Positions 1 to 8,255 of a DNA stretch of 64,000 bases are shown piece after piece (positions within the stretch are counted from its first letter, which is position 1; every line of letters starts with the position of its first letter). The translations under genes and the position numbers were made by a program. Below the pieces are notes generated by a model. The model was not told the origin of the DNA and ran no database searches. It worked only from the letters and a program-made list of their open reading frames with translations. Origin of the DNA: Clostridia bacterium (lineage in GTDB: Bacteria > Bacillota > Clostridia > Oscillospirales > CAG-272); the NCBI GenBank assembly GCA_029007295.1, contig JAQXHN010000018.1, positions 39,006 to 103,005 on the forward strand. Direction: 5' to 3'.

Positions 1-541
1 CACCTTGAGCATGCTGACAAAGGTCTGGGAATCCTTTAAAGGAGCGACTGCCTGCGACATCGACGTCATGCCGAACATCAAAACGGCAAAGCCGAGCATT
101 ATGCCGCCGATATGTACCTTTTTCTGAGTCTTTGAAAACATATAAAAAACGATGCCGACAAGAGCTATAACGGCGGAAATTGTACCTACCGAAAGAAGTT
201 CGCCCAAAGCCGAGCTTTTTACGCTCGAAATAGACAAAATCCATGCGGTTGCCGTTGTACCTATGTTGGCACCCATAATAACACCTATTGCCTGTGAAAG
301 CTTCATCATACCGGAGTTAACAAAGCCGATAACCATTACGCTCGTTGCGGAGGACGACTGAATGACGGCAGTGACCACCGCTCCCAACAGGACGCCCAGC
401 AGTCTGTTTGCCGTTAATTTTTCCAGAACGGTTTCAAGCTTCGAGCCCGCAACCTTTTTAAGACTATCTCCCATCAGCGACATGCCGTATAAAAACAAGG
501 CAAGTCCGCCGAGCAGAGAAACAGCGTTAGCAATACTCATA
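1..541 (-). CDS. Na/Pi cotransporter family protein (NptA-like), 5' part; gene runs off the window start
   Basis: Reverse-complement translation from ATG (complement of 539-541) gives MSIANAVSLLGGLALFLYGMSLMGDSLKKVAGSKLETVLEKLTANRLLGVLLGAVVTAVIQSSSATSVMVIGFVNSG..., typical N-terminus of Na+/phosphate symporter family proteins. Not in the ORF track because there is no stop inside the window. Confidence 0.7.
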
Positions 542-721
542 TTTTTTATTCCTTTCACCTGCTTGCAACTCTGTTGCAATAATCAATTCTGACCTTTCCT
601 GACTGATTGCTATTTTACCACACAGTTTTGAAAAATACAATACCGTTTTGATTTTTTTACTTTATTTTACAGCGTGAACAATTTGACAGACAAAGCTCTA
701 TAAAAGAATTGTATGAATTAT

Positions 722-751
722 ACTAAAAACGGTGCCGTTGCCGGCACCGTT
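722..751 (-). terminator. Rho-independent terminator downstream of the FolT-like gene (minus strand)
   Basis: Perfect 10-bp stem aacggtgccg/cggcaccgtt (728-737/742-751) with loop ttgc. On the minus strand it is followed by a U-run (complement of tactaaaaa). Confidence 0.6.
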
Positions 752-787
752 TTGCTTAATCCGAATATATCATTATGCTTCGTTTGC

Positions 788-2164
788 TTATCCTTCTTCG
801 TTTGCGGGTTCGAATACCGTATTTTCCTGCCTTAGCACCGTATTATACAGTGCGTTAAACAAAATCCATACAATATATGCCTGAACGCAACGAACGCACA
901 GCTCCTCGATAACGGCCGGTATCATCAAAACCAGCGTTGATTTTTGCGCCCAGTCGAAGACTATGTATTTTAAAATAAACACGTTCGGAACGGCGGAAGC
1001 AAGACCTCCCGCAATCAAAGCGAATAAGATGCCGGAGCCGGAAATAAACTTTTTCGGCTTCTTTTTCGCAATCAAAACGGATACGGCAAGCAACGCAAGT
1101 CCGCCAAATGCAAAAATTTCAAGTCCTATCGTCAAGAAATTCGCATATTCGGCAACCGTCGATTTGTATCCGGATTGCAGCTTGAAGCGGGTGTTTTTAT
1201 ACAGTCCGCTCTGTAATTCCGTGTTTGTGATATTAATGTAGCCGTCCTGAACATTCTCATCAAGGACATATTTTATATTGTGAGCCTGTGCGTAAGAAAT
1301 AACCTTTTCATTTGAAGTATGGATTGTAACCCTGCCCTCGATTCCCTCAAACGCAGTATCGGAAAAGCCGTAATCGGTGTAGGTTGAAGGGACGTAGACG
1401 TCGGTTAGATTTTTACAGTCGGAAAACAAATTATCGCCGATTTTCGTGATTTTTAACCGGTACTTTTCAAAAAGCTCTTCCTTTGAGGCCTCACCCTGCT
1501 TAAATTCCTGCGAGGCATTTTTGTTTCCCGTTTCGGTAATCGCATAGGCGGGCAAGGTAATGCTTTTGACATCCTCGTCAATCGAAACCAGCGTATACGA
1601 GTCAAACGAATACTGCGAAAGCTCAAGCAGCTTATCTGTAAGGCAGGAGTATTCTCCCCCCTCACAAAGCATCTTATCCGGAACCTCAAAATCTCTTGCT
1701 ATAAATCCCCTTGTTATGCCGTCGCCGGTTATACTGATGTGTGTTGCAACACCGTAAGCGCCTACGCCGAGAAGAAGCACGGCGACGATTATTCTCGTTA
1801 CATTCTTTTTCAGTATATAGCCGTATTTTACTATAAACCAATACGCCAGCCCCTTAACACAGCCTCCGAAAAACGCAGTCAAAGTCAAAAGAGGCTGGTA
1901 TCCCCCTTGCGGATTTACAAGGAAGGACAAAAAATCGCAAAGCGCAGAGGAGGCTCCTCCCCACAGCGGTCCTAACAAAAGTGCGGGAAAAGCCGTGAAT
2001 ATACCGGCAAGACCTACCTTCAGTCCGCCGCCGAACAGCGGAATCGTAACGGGTAAAATCGACTTGACAACGACTGCCATTGCGGTCATTATCGCAGTAA
2101 GTACGATTTTAAAAACAGGGGCTTTGCCGCATAAAAGAAACGGCGACTTTTCGGAATTTTGCAT
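788..2164 (-). CDS. FolT-like ECF-transporter S-component membrane protein with large inserted extracytoplasmic BspA-type leucine-rich-repeat region
   Basis: Start at MQNSEKSP, with RBS GGGAGG 8 nt upstream. N-terminal ~120 aa (KIVLTAIMTAMAVVVKSILP...LGPLWGGASSALCDFLSF) resembles ECF S components of the folate family. The middle ~200 aa carry LRR-like repeats (KIGDNLFSDCKNLTDVYVP...AFEGIEGRVTIHT). Three further TM helices lie at the C-terminus. A THF riboswitch sits upstream. Confidence 0.5.
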   Translation of the reverse strand: MQNSEKSPFLLCGKAPVFKIVLTAIMTAMAVVVKSILPVTIPLFGGGLKVGLAGIFTAFPALLLGPLWGGASSALCDFLSFLVNPQGGYQPLLTLTAFFGGCVKGLAYWFIVKYGYILKKNVTRIIVAVLLLGVGAYGVATHISITGDGITRGFIARDFEVPDKMLCEGGEYSCLTDKLLELSQYSFDSYTLVSIDEDVKSITLPAYAITETGNKNASQEFKQGEASKEELFEKYRLKITKIGDNLFSDCKNLTDVYVPSTYTDYGFSDTAFEGIEGRVTIHTSNEKVISYAQAHNIKYVLDENVQDGYINITNTELQSGLYKNTRFKLQSGYKSTVAEYANFLTIGLEIFAFGGLALLAVSVLIAKKKPKKFISGSGILFALIAGGLASAVPNVFILKYIVFDWAQKSTLVLMIPAVIEELCVRCVQAYIVWILFNALYNTVLRQENTVFEPANEEG

Positions 2165-2226
2165 AAAAAAACCTCCCACAGCAATAATTTTCGTTATTAC
2201 ATAGGGATTAATGCTCCGATATGTAA

Positions 2227-2323
2227 CAGCGGGATGCGACGCCGAGACCGCAACAAGCTTGTTTTCGCCCGACGGACAACTCCCCGTTCCGTCGATACTT
2301 TACGCCCCGGCATCTACTCTGTG
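2227..2323 (-). promoter_or_regulatory. THF (tetrahydrofolate) riboswitch, folT motif, in the 5' leader of the FolT-like gene
   Basis: Minus-strand RNA reads CAGAGUAGAUGCCGGGGCGUAAAGUAUCGACGGAACGGGGAGUUGUCCGUCGGGCGAAAACAAGCUUGUUGCGGUCUCGGCGUCGCAUCCCGCUG. It shares the conserved AGAGUAGAUG....GCGUnAAGU 5' block and the GCAUCCGCU 3' block of the Eubacterium siraeum THF aptamer as recalled. Length is ~97 nt. A UCCC...GGGAGG pairing could sequester the RBS. Confidence 0.7.
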
Positions 2324-2389
2324 AATGCTTTTATTCTATCACATTATTTTGCCGAATGCAACAGAAATAAACAAATATTTTACGATTTT

Positions 2390-2421
2390 TTGACAAACTG
2401 AGGATTGTTTTGTGGTATAAT
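2390..2421 (+). promoter_or_regulatory. Sigma-A-type promoter upstream of the UDG gene
   Basis: TTGACA at 2390-2395 and an extended -10 TGtgGTATAAT ending at 2421. Spacer is slightly long (about 20 nt). Confidence 0.35.
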
Positions 2422-2467
2422 ACAATATATTTTGATTATGCCATACTAAAATTTTCGGGAGGATAAA

Positions 2468-3025
2468 ATGACCTGGCAGGAGCTTGAAAACGAATGCATA
2501 ACGTGCAGAAAATGCGAGCTTTGCAAAACGAGAACCAATACCGTTTTCGGCGCCGGAAACAAAAACGCCGACCTTATGTTCGTCGGCGAAGCGCCCGGCG
2601 AAAACGAGGATCTTACGGGCATTCCGTTTGTAGGAAGAGCAGGAAAGCTCTTTGATAAATATCTTGAAGCCGTCGGCATACGGCGAGACAGCGTATATAT
2701 TGCAAACATGCTTAAATGCCGTCCGCCGAAAAACCGCGATCCCCTGCCCTCCGAGCAGGATATGTGCATTGAATATTTAAGAAATCAGGTTAGGCTTATC
2801 TCGCCGAAGCTGATAGTCTGCCTCGGAAGAATCTCGGCAATACGCCTTATCGACCCGCATTTTATGATCACAAGGCAACACGGAATTTGGTACAAAAAGG
2901 GTAGCTTTGAGATGTGCGCCGTATATCATCCGTCTCTATTGCTTCGCGACCCGCGCAAAAAGGAGGACATGCTCACGGACATGAAGGTCGTCAAGGCCAA
3001 GCTTGACGCCCTGAGCGTAAATTGA
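2468..3025 (+). CDS. Uracil-DNA glycosylase, family 4 (4Fe-4S type)
   Basis: N-terminal Cys cluster (CITCRKCELC) and family-4 motif GEAPGENEDLTGIPFVGRAGKLFD. About 185 aa. Confidence 0.85.
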   Translation: MTWQELENECITCRKCELCKTRTNTVFGAGNKNADLMFVGEAPGENEDLTGIPFVGRAGKLFDKYLEAVGIRRDSVYIANMLKCRPPKNRDPLPSEQDMCIEYLRNQVRLISPKLIVCLGRISAIRLIDPHFMITRQHGIWYKKGSFEMCAVYHPSLLLRDPRKKEDMLTDMKVVKAKLDALSVN

Positions 3026-3972
3026 TTATGAAGGTAGATATCTGGGTTCTTATTTCCACGACGCTCACCATGCTGATTCTGATATGCGTCGGTTATTTCA
3101 GCGCAAAAAAGGGACTGCTTGATGAAAAATTTTCAAAAAAGCTCTCTTCACTGATAGTATACATCTGCCAGCCGGCTCTTTTGGTCGGTTCGCTTATGAA
3201 CGTGGGGTACTCGAAGGAAATGCTCGTTAAGGGCGGTATGATCGTTCTTCTGTCGGCAGGTGTTCACCTTATGAATGTGCTTGTCGCTCTCGGCTTTTCC
3301 GCCCCGATAAAGGATATCAACGAGCGCACGGTTATTTCATATTCGGTAACCTTTTCCAACTGCGCTTTCTTCGGCTTTCCCGTTTTAAAATCGGTTTTCG
3401 GAGACGAGGGCGTTTTCTGGGGCTCGTTTTACTGCATTGTCTTCAACATTCTCGTTTGGACGTGGGGTATGTTTACCTTGTCGAGAGCAAACAAGGAAAT
3501 AAAAATGAATCCGAGGAAAATGTTTGTAAACTTCGGTACTGTCCCCTGCGCTATAGGCATTGTGCTTTACATAACGCAAATGTCCGAAAAAATCCCCAAG
3601 CCGATTACGCTGTCGCTCGATTATCTGTCGGGCTTGTGTACGCCTATTTCCATGCTTATTATCGGTGCTTTACTTGCAAGGCTTCCTTTAAAAAAGGTAT
3701 TCTTTTCGCCTAAGTCGTATTATCTTTGCCTTGTAAAGCTCGTTATATTGCCGGCGATTGTTGCGATTGTGCTTGCGCTTGCCGGTCTTTCAAAGGATTT
3801 GGTTTGCTTCGGCGCATTGATGGCAGGCTTTCCCGTTGCGGCTACCTCGTCGGCGTTCTCTGAGAAGTATTCGATAGCGCCGGAATTTTCCTCGGTGTGC
3901 GTAGGTCTTTCAACGATTCTGTCTGTTGCGACCGTTCCGATTATAGTGACCGCCATAGACAAATTGGTTTAA
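3022..3972 (+). CDS. AEC family (auxin efflux carrier / malate permease-like) membrane transporter
   Basis: Polytopic 316-aa membrane protein. ATGA overlap with the UDG stop. N-terminal MIMKVDIWVLISTTLTMLILICVGYF and two-fold repeat organisation are typical of Mem_trans proteins. Confidence 0.6.
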   Translation: MIMKVDIWVLISTTLTMLILICVGYFSAKKGLLDEKFSKKLSSLIVYICQPALLVGSLMNVGYSKEMLVKGGMIVLLSAGVHLMNVLVALGFSAPIKDINERTVISYSVTFSNCAFFGFPVLKSVFGDEGVFWGSFYCIVFNILVWTWGMFTLSRANKEIKMNPRKMFVNFGTVPCAIGIVLYITQMSEKIPKPITLSLDYLSGLCTPISMLIIGALLARLPLKKVFFSPKSYYLCLVKLVILPAIVAIVLALAGLSKDLVCFGALMAGFPVAATSSAFSEKYSIAPEFSSVCVGLSTILSVATVPIIVTAIDKLV

Positions 3973-3987
3973 TATTTGAACGAAAGA

Positions 3988-4039
3988 AAATACTGCGCTC
4001 CAGTGCGATTGCACGGGAGCGCAGTATTGTTTTTTATTT
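3988..4039. terminator. Bidirectional rho-independent terminator between convergent genes
   Basis: 13-bp stem aatactgcgctcc/ggagcgcagtatt (3989-4001/4016-4028). T-run gttttttattt on the plus side and A-run gaaagaaaa on the other side. Confidence 0.7.
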
Positions 4040-4052
4040 ACATCGATTTAGC

Positions 4053-5795
4053 TTAAAAGTTAAAGGCCTGTTCCGAGGATTCCACAGCTGCAAGACCACT
4101 GGATTGGGAACCGATAAGATCCTCAACCGGAACTCCCGCATCCTCGAAAGCTTCAATCAAAGCCTCGACATCAATTATATTTTGAATGCCGTCTAAGTCA
4201 TCTTCATCTTCAATTCTATATACATTACTGCTATTCGGCATTTTAATATTTGCTTCATCACCGGTTTTTTCAAATGAAACAGCAATGAACGACATACCCG
4301 ATACGGAAAAGTCGAGCTTAATTGCGCCGTCCGTAAATATAACGGCAATATCGAGCTGACCGAGCATCTGCGGGACCTCCCCGCCTAAAGAGTCCGCCGA
4401 CAGCTTGACTGTTCCTCTCGGCGCACCGTCCTCAAAGCCAAAGTCTTCGGTTTCAAAGCTAAATACACTTTCGCCGTAACTTTGAAGTTCAAAATCACCG
4501 GTATATTTATCTTTTTTGCATGTTCCTGTGCCGATAACGGAAACGGTGTTATCGCCGATATACGCTTCAAAGCCGAACTTTCCGTCGTCCTCTGTCACCG
4601 CGTAGCTGAAGATTTCTTCTCCGCCCACAACAATGCGTTCGCCGACAATATCATCATCGTCAAGATAGCTGTAATATTCAATTTCCGGAATACTGCTTAT
4701 TACTTCTTCGTTCTTCAGCTCATCAATGGCTGAATCTATTTCCTGTATTAATTCGGAATATTCAACGCCGCCAAAGCACATCAAAAGGGGTTCAACAATG
4801 TTTTTAATATCCTTATCGTTCTTTACCGTTTCAAGGATTTTTAACAGAATCTCGGCACTTTGCTTCGAGTCGAGCTTAACCGCCATTTCGGTTAATTTCT
4901 GTTCAACCCCGTTAACATTAAGCGAAATGTCCTGAGAAACAGGCTCAAAGGAATCTAAAATAATATCAACATATCTTTCGATTATCTTTTCGATGTCAAT
5001 GTCCTCGGGAAGAGCCTCCTGAAGCATTGATAAGTTTTCAAGCGCATCTTGGTACGAAAGGTCGCCCGAATAATTATCCATTACAGACGAAAGATTCATA
5101 TATATGGGTCGATCCAAAATCTCAGGGACATCCATGATAATAGCATTATCGTTCTGATTATACGCTATTGCGACCGACACTATGTCGGTGGAATTTAACA
5201 CCAACGTGCCTGCAAGCTTTACAACGCCTTCTTCGTCGTCATCGATATCAAGTCCAAGCTTGAATTCTATGTCGTCTAACCAGTCGATATCCTCTTTGGA
5301 ACCGAAACCAAACTGAGAAAGAAGAGCCTTGCCCTGTTCGGCAATATCAAGCTTTACGGAATATTCGCCTTCAATCAATTTTTTCGGGTTAATTTCGTTG
5401 ATTACTTCGGCGTTTGCAATGATACCGGATTCTTTTTCCGCATTCTTAAATTCCTGCTTTTCGGAAATAAACATATCCTTAAATACCGTGAAGTACAGGA
5501 TTGCCGCAACACCGAGAATTAAAACGGGAATTGCAATCGCAAGGAAAATTTTAAGCCCCTTCTTCTTTTTCTTTATCGGCTCCGGTGTAGGTACGGAATT
5601 AAAATACATTTGATTCTGTACAGGATCGACCTGCGGAGCTTCGTTAACGGGCTGTGTATAAGCGGTTCCCGTGTTTACGGCATTGTTGGTTGCCGTATTA
5701 ACCGTTTGTGTCTGCGAAGCGAGCTGAGCTTCGCCGCAATACGGGCAGAATTTTGTTCCCTCGGAAATTTCTTTTCCGCATTTATTGCAAAACAT
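4053..5795 (-). CDS. Zinc-ribbon membrane protein with large acidic extracytoplasmic domain (hypothetical)
   Basis: N-terminal MFCNKCGKEISEGTKFCPYCGE zinc ribbon and a Q/T/N-rich linker. KKKKKGLKIFLAIAIPVLILGVAAILYF is a TM helix. It is followed by ~480 aa of D/E-rich domain with no recognisable motif. Confidence 0.5.
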   Translation of the reverse strand: MFCNKCGKEISEGTKFCPYCGEAQLASQTQTVNTATNNAVNTGTAYTQPVNEAPQVDPVQNQMYFNSVPTPEPIKKKKKGLKIFLAIAIPVLILGVAAILYFTVFKDMFISEKQEFKNAEKESGIIANAEVINEINPKKLIEGEYSVKLDIAEQGKALLSQFGFGSKEDIDWLDDIEFKLGLDIDDDEEGVVKLAGTLVLNSTDIVSVAIAYNQNDNAIIMDVPEILDRPIYMNLSSVMDNYSGDLSYQDALENLSMLQEALPEDIDIEKIIERYVDIILDSFEPVSQDISLNVNGVEQKLTEMAVKLDSKQSAEILLKILETVKNDKDIKNIVEPLLMCFGGVEYSELIQEIDSAIDELKNEEVISSIPEIEYYSYLDDDDIVGERIVVGGEEIFSYAVTEDDGKFGFEAYIGDNTVSVIGTGTCKKDKYTGDFELQSYGESVFSFETEDFGFEDGAPRGTVKLSADSLGGEVPQMLGQLDIAVIFTDGAIKLDFSVSGMSFIAVSFEKTGDEANIKMPNSSNVYRIEDEDDLDGIQNIIDVEALIEAFEDAGVPVEDLIGSQSSGLAAVESSEQAFNF

Positions 5796-5925
5796 GGCAT
5801 ACCTTCCTTAATTGTTATTTTGTATAACAATATAATATAGCAGAATTCAATTTATGTCAAGTAAAAGTTTAAAAAATCCACATAATAACATATTTTCCGA
5901 CGCCGAGAATAAATTACTATTGACT

Positions 5926-5957
5926 TTTTGTCGAAAAAGTTGTATACTTTTTTCGAC
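5926..5957. promoter_or_regulatory. Perfect palindromic operator-like site overlapping a putative promoter of the DUF6088 gene
   Basis: ttgtcgaaaaag-ttgtatac-ctttttcgacaa: 12-bp perfect inverted repeat with an 8-bp spacer, ending 7 nt before the ATG at 5965. Flanked by -35-like ttgact and -10-like tatact. Confidence 0.5.
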
Positions 5958-5964
5958 AAAAATT

Positions 5965-6594
5965 ATGTCAAAAGGAAGTGTCGATTTGAAGCACGGTATT
6001 AGAAAGAAAATCGTTGAAAGAATTTCTTCTCTCGACGACGGATGCGTATTCGTTGTCGGCGATTTTTCCGATATCGCCGAAAGCAAAACAGCCTCTAAAA
6101 CGCTGGCAAGGCTCTGCGAGGAAAAATCAATAGAAAAGCTGATGAGGGGCGTTTACCGTAAAAGCACAGTTGAAAAAGTGGAGCCGGACACCATTGCAAA
6201 AGCGCTTGCAAGGGAAAATGCATGGAAAAGCATTCCCTGCGGCAAAACGGCGCTCCATCTTTCGGGACTTACGAAGGAAAAGCCGAGCATTTGGACTTAT
6301 GTAAGCGACGGAACCTACAGAACCTATTCCGTTATGGGCTATAATATTTCATTTTCGCACACCACGGTCAGAGGCTTTAATATGATGTCCGAAAAAACCG
6401 CGATGATTGTGGAAATTCTCCGCGCCTACGGTGAAAACGCCATACCGTATTCCAAGCTTAAGAGTTTATTTTCATATCTGAAGCCAAGCGAGATAGCCGA
6501 AATTCTCTCGGAAACAAAAAACTGTCCTAAATGGATTTACCTGGCAATAAAAAAACTGTTTATGCACCAAAATACTGTAGAGGAACAAATATGA
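5965..6594 (+). CDS. DUF6088 / AbiEi-like winged-helix protein (putative DNA-binding regulator or type IV antitoxin-like)
   Basis: MSKGSVDLKHGIRKKIVERISSLDDGCVFVVGDFSDIAESKTASKTLARLCEEKSIEKLMRGVYRK matches the DUF6088/AbiEi_4 N-terminal pattern (VF..DF.D......A.SRL...G.L.R..RGVY). The stop overlaps the fakA start (ATGA). The upstream part of the listed ORF (5854-5964) was judged non-coding. Confidence 0.5.
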   Translation: MSKGSVDLKHGIRKKIVERISSLDDGCVFVVGDFSDIAESKTASKTLARLCEEKSIEKLMRGVYRKSTVEKVEPDTIAKALARENAWKSIPCGKTALHLSGLTKEKPSIWTYVSDGTYRTYSVMGYNISFSHTTVRGFNMMSEKTAMIVEILRAYGENAIPYSKLKSLFSYLKPSEIAEILSETKNCPKWIYLAIKKLFMHQNTVEEQI

Positions 6595-8246
6595 ACGATA
6601 CACAGATATTAAACGGCACGATGTATATGAACATGATAAGAGGCGGTGCCGCAAACCTTAATAAAAACAGAGTTGCGGTAAACGAGCTCAATGTTTTTCC
6701 CGTTCCCGACGGCGATACGGGCGACAACATGTTCATGACCATAAATTCAGGCGCCGTTAATTTGGAAAACGAAGACGCCCCGATAGGGGAAATTTCAAGT
6801 GAGATAGCGCACCGTATGCTGTTGGGTGCGCGAGGAAATTCAGGGGTAATTCTTTCAAGGATTTTTGCGGGAATCGCAAACGGCCTTGCAGGCTGCAGCG
6901 ACGCCGATATTCCCACCCTTGCCCATGCGCTCGAATGCGGCACGGACGAAGCTTATAAATCGGTCTCCTCTCCTGTTGAGGGCACTATTTTAACGGTTTG
7001 CCGCGAAAGCGTGCAATATGCCAATTCCAAGCTTAAGGACACTCCCACTCTGAAAAAATATTTTGAAAATCTGTTTACCGAAGCGCAGAACTCTCTTGAG
7101 AGAACTCCGAGCCTGCTGGAGGAGCTTGCACAGGCAGGAGTTGTAGACAGCGGCGGCGCCGGATTTCTCTTTATTGTTGACGGAATGAAAAATGCGCTGA
7201 ACAATGAAATAATTCCCGACGGTGAAGCAAGCTCCTCGGATCAGCCGAAGAATATCGATTTCTCCCTGTTCACCGAGGACAGCGAATGCACCTACGGCTA
7301 CTGTACCGAGCTTTTACTCCGTTTGCAGAGCGCAAAGGTCGATGTCAAAAGCTTTGACGAAAATATCATCGGCGATTTCCTGAACAAGGTCGGCGACTCG
7401 GTGGTTTTGGTTCGCAGCGGCTCCATTGTGAAGATTCACGTTCATACCAAGGCTCCCGGCGACATACTTAACGAATGTCAGAAATACGGTGAGTTTCTCA
7501 CCGTAAAAACGGAAAATATGCAGCTCCAGCATAACGGTGCCGCAAAGCCTAAAAATATTACTCTTAAAACCGAAAATATACGAAAAAGCTTTGCAAGCGT
7601 CGTCTGCTGTAACGGAAAAGGAATGATGGATCTGTTCTCCTCGCTCGGCGCCGATTATATTGTTGACGGCGGCCAGAGCATGAATCCGTCGACAGAGGAT
7701 TTCCTTTGCGCCTTTGACAAGGTCAACGCAGATAAAATATTCGTTTTTCCGAATAATAAAAACATCATCTTGGCGGCAAAGCAGGCGGGCTCCATGTACG
7801 AAAAATCCGAAGTATACATCGTAAACACAAAAACAGTGGGAGAGGGCTACGCCGCATTTTCAATGCTCGATACCTCTTCCGGAGACGCTACGGCAATAAC
7901 CGAGGAATTAAACGAGATCGCAAGCAACGTTACCACCGGTATGGTTTGCCGCTCTACAAAATCCGCACGCATAGACGGAATCGACATAGTTAAGGGTGAT
8001 TATATCGGAATTGCAAACGGAAGCATCGTAACGAGCACCGCCGATTGCTCCGACACCGTTAAAGCTCTTTGCGAAAAGGTAAAGGCGTTTGAAAGCGATG
8101 TTTTAATTGTTCTTTGCGGGGAGGATTCTAAATCCGACGAGGCCGATGCGCTATGTGCCCATTTGCAAAAGAAATATCCCAAAACCGAAATAATTATGTT
8201 AAAGGCAGACCAGCCTGTATATGATTATATATTGATTTTTGAATGA
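6591..8246 (+). CDS. fakA: DAK2-domain fatty acid kinase catalytic subunit (FakA / YloV family)
   Basis: MNDTQILNGTMYMNMIRGGAANLNKNRVAVNELNVFPVPDGDTGDNMFMT...GARGNSGVILS matches the FakA/YloV N-terminal Dak2 domain. About 551 aa. Followed by a DegV gene. Confidence 0.8.
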   Translation: MNDTQILNGTMYMNMIRGGAANLNKNRVAVNELNVFPVPDGDTGDNMFMTINSGAVNLENEDAPIGEISSEIAHRMLLGARGNSGVILSRIFAGIANGLAGCSDADIPTLAHALECGTDEAYKSVSSPVEGTILTVCRESVQYANSKLKDTPTLKKYFENLFTEAQNSLERTPSLLEELAQAGVVDSGGAGFLFIVDGMKNALNNEIIPDGEASSSDQPKNIDFSLFTEDSECTYGYCTELLLRLQSAKVDVKSFDENIIGDFLNKVGDSVVLVRSGSIVKIHVHTKAPGDILNECQKYGEFLTVKTENMQLQHNGAAKPKNITLKTENIRKSFASVVCCNGKGMMDLFSSLGADYIVDGGQSMNPSTEDFLCAFDKVNADKIFVFPNNKNIILAAKQAGSMYEKSEVYIVNTKTVGEGYAAFSMLDTSSGDATAITEELNEIASNVTTGMVCRSTKSARIDGIDIVKGDYIGIANGSIVTSTADCSDTVKALCEKVKAFESDVLIVLCGEDSKSDEADALCAHLQKKYPKTEIIMLKADQPVYDYILIFE

Positions 8247-8255
8247 GGTGATAAT

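Noticed and set aside
5854-5964. Upstream part of the 246-aa ORF preceding MSKGSVDL
   Set aside because: It contains the palindromic operator and promoter-like elements and has no RBS. The DUF6088-like domain begins at the internal Met.
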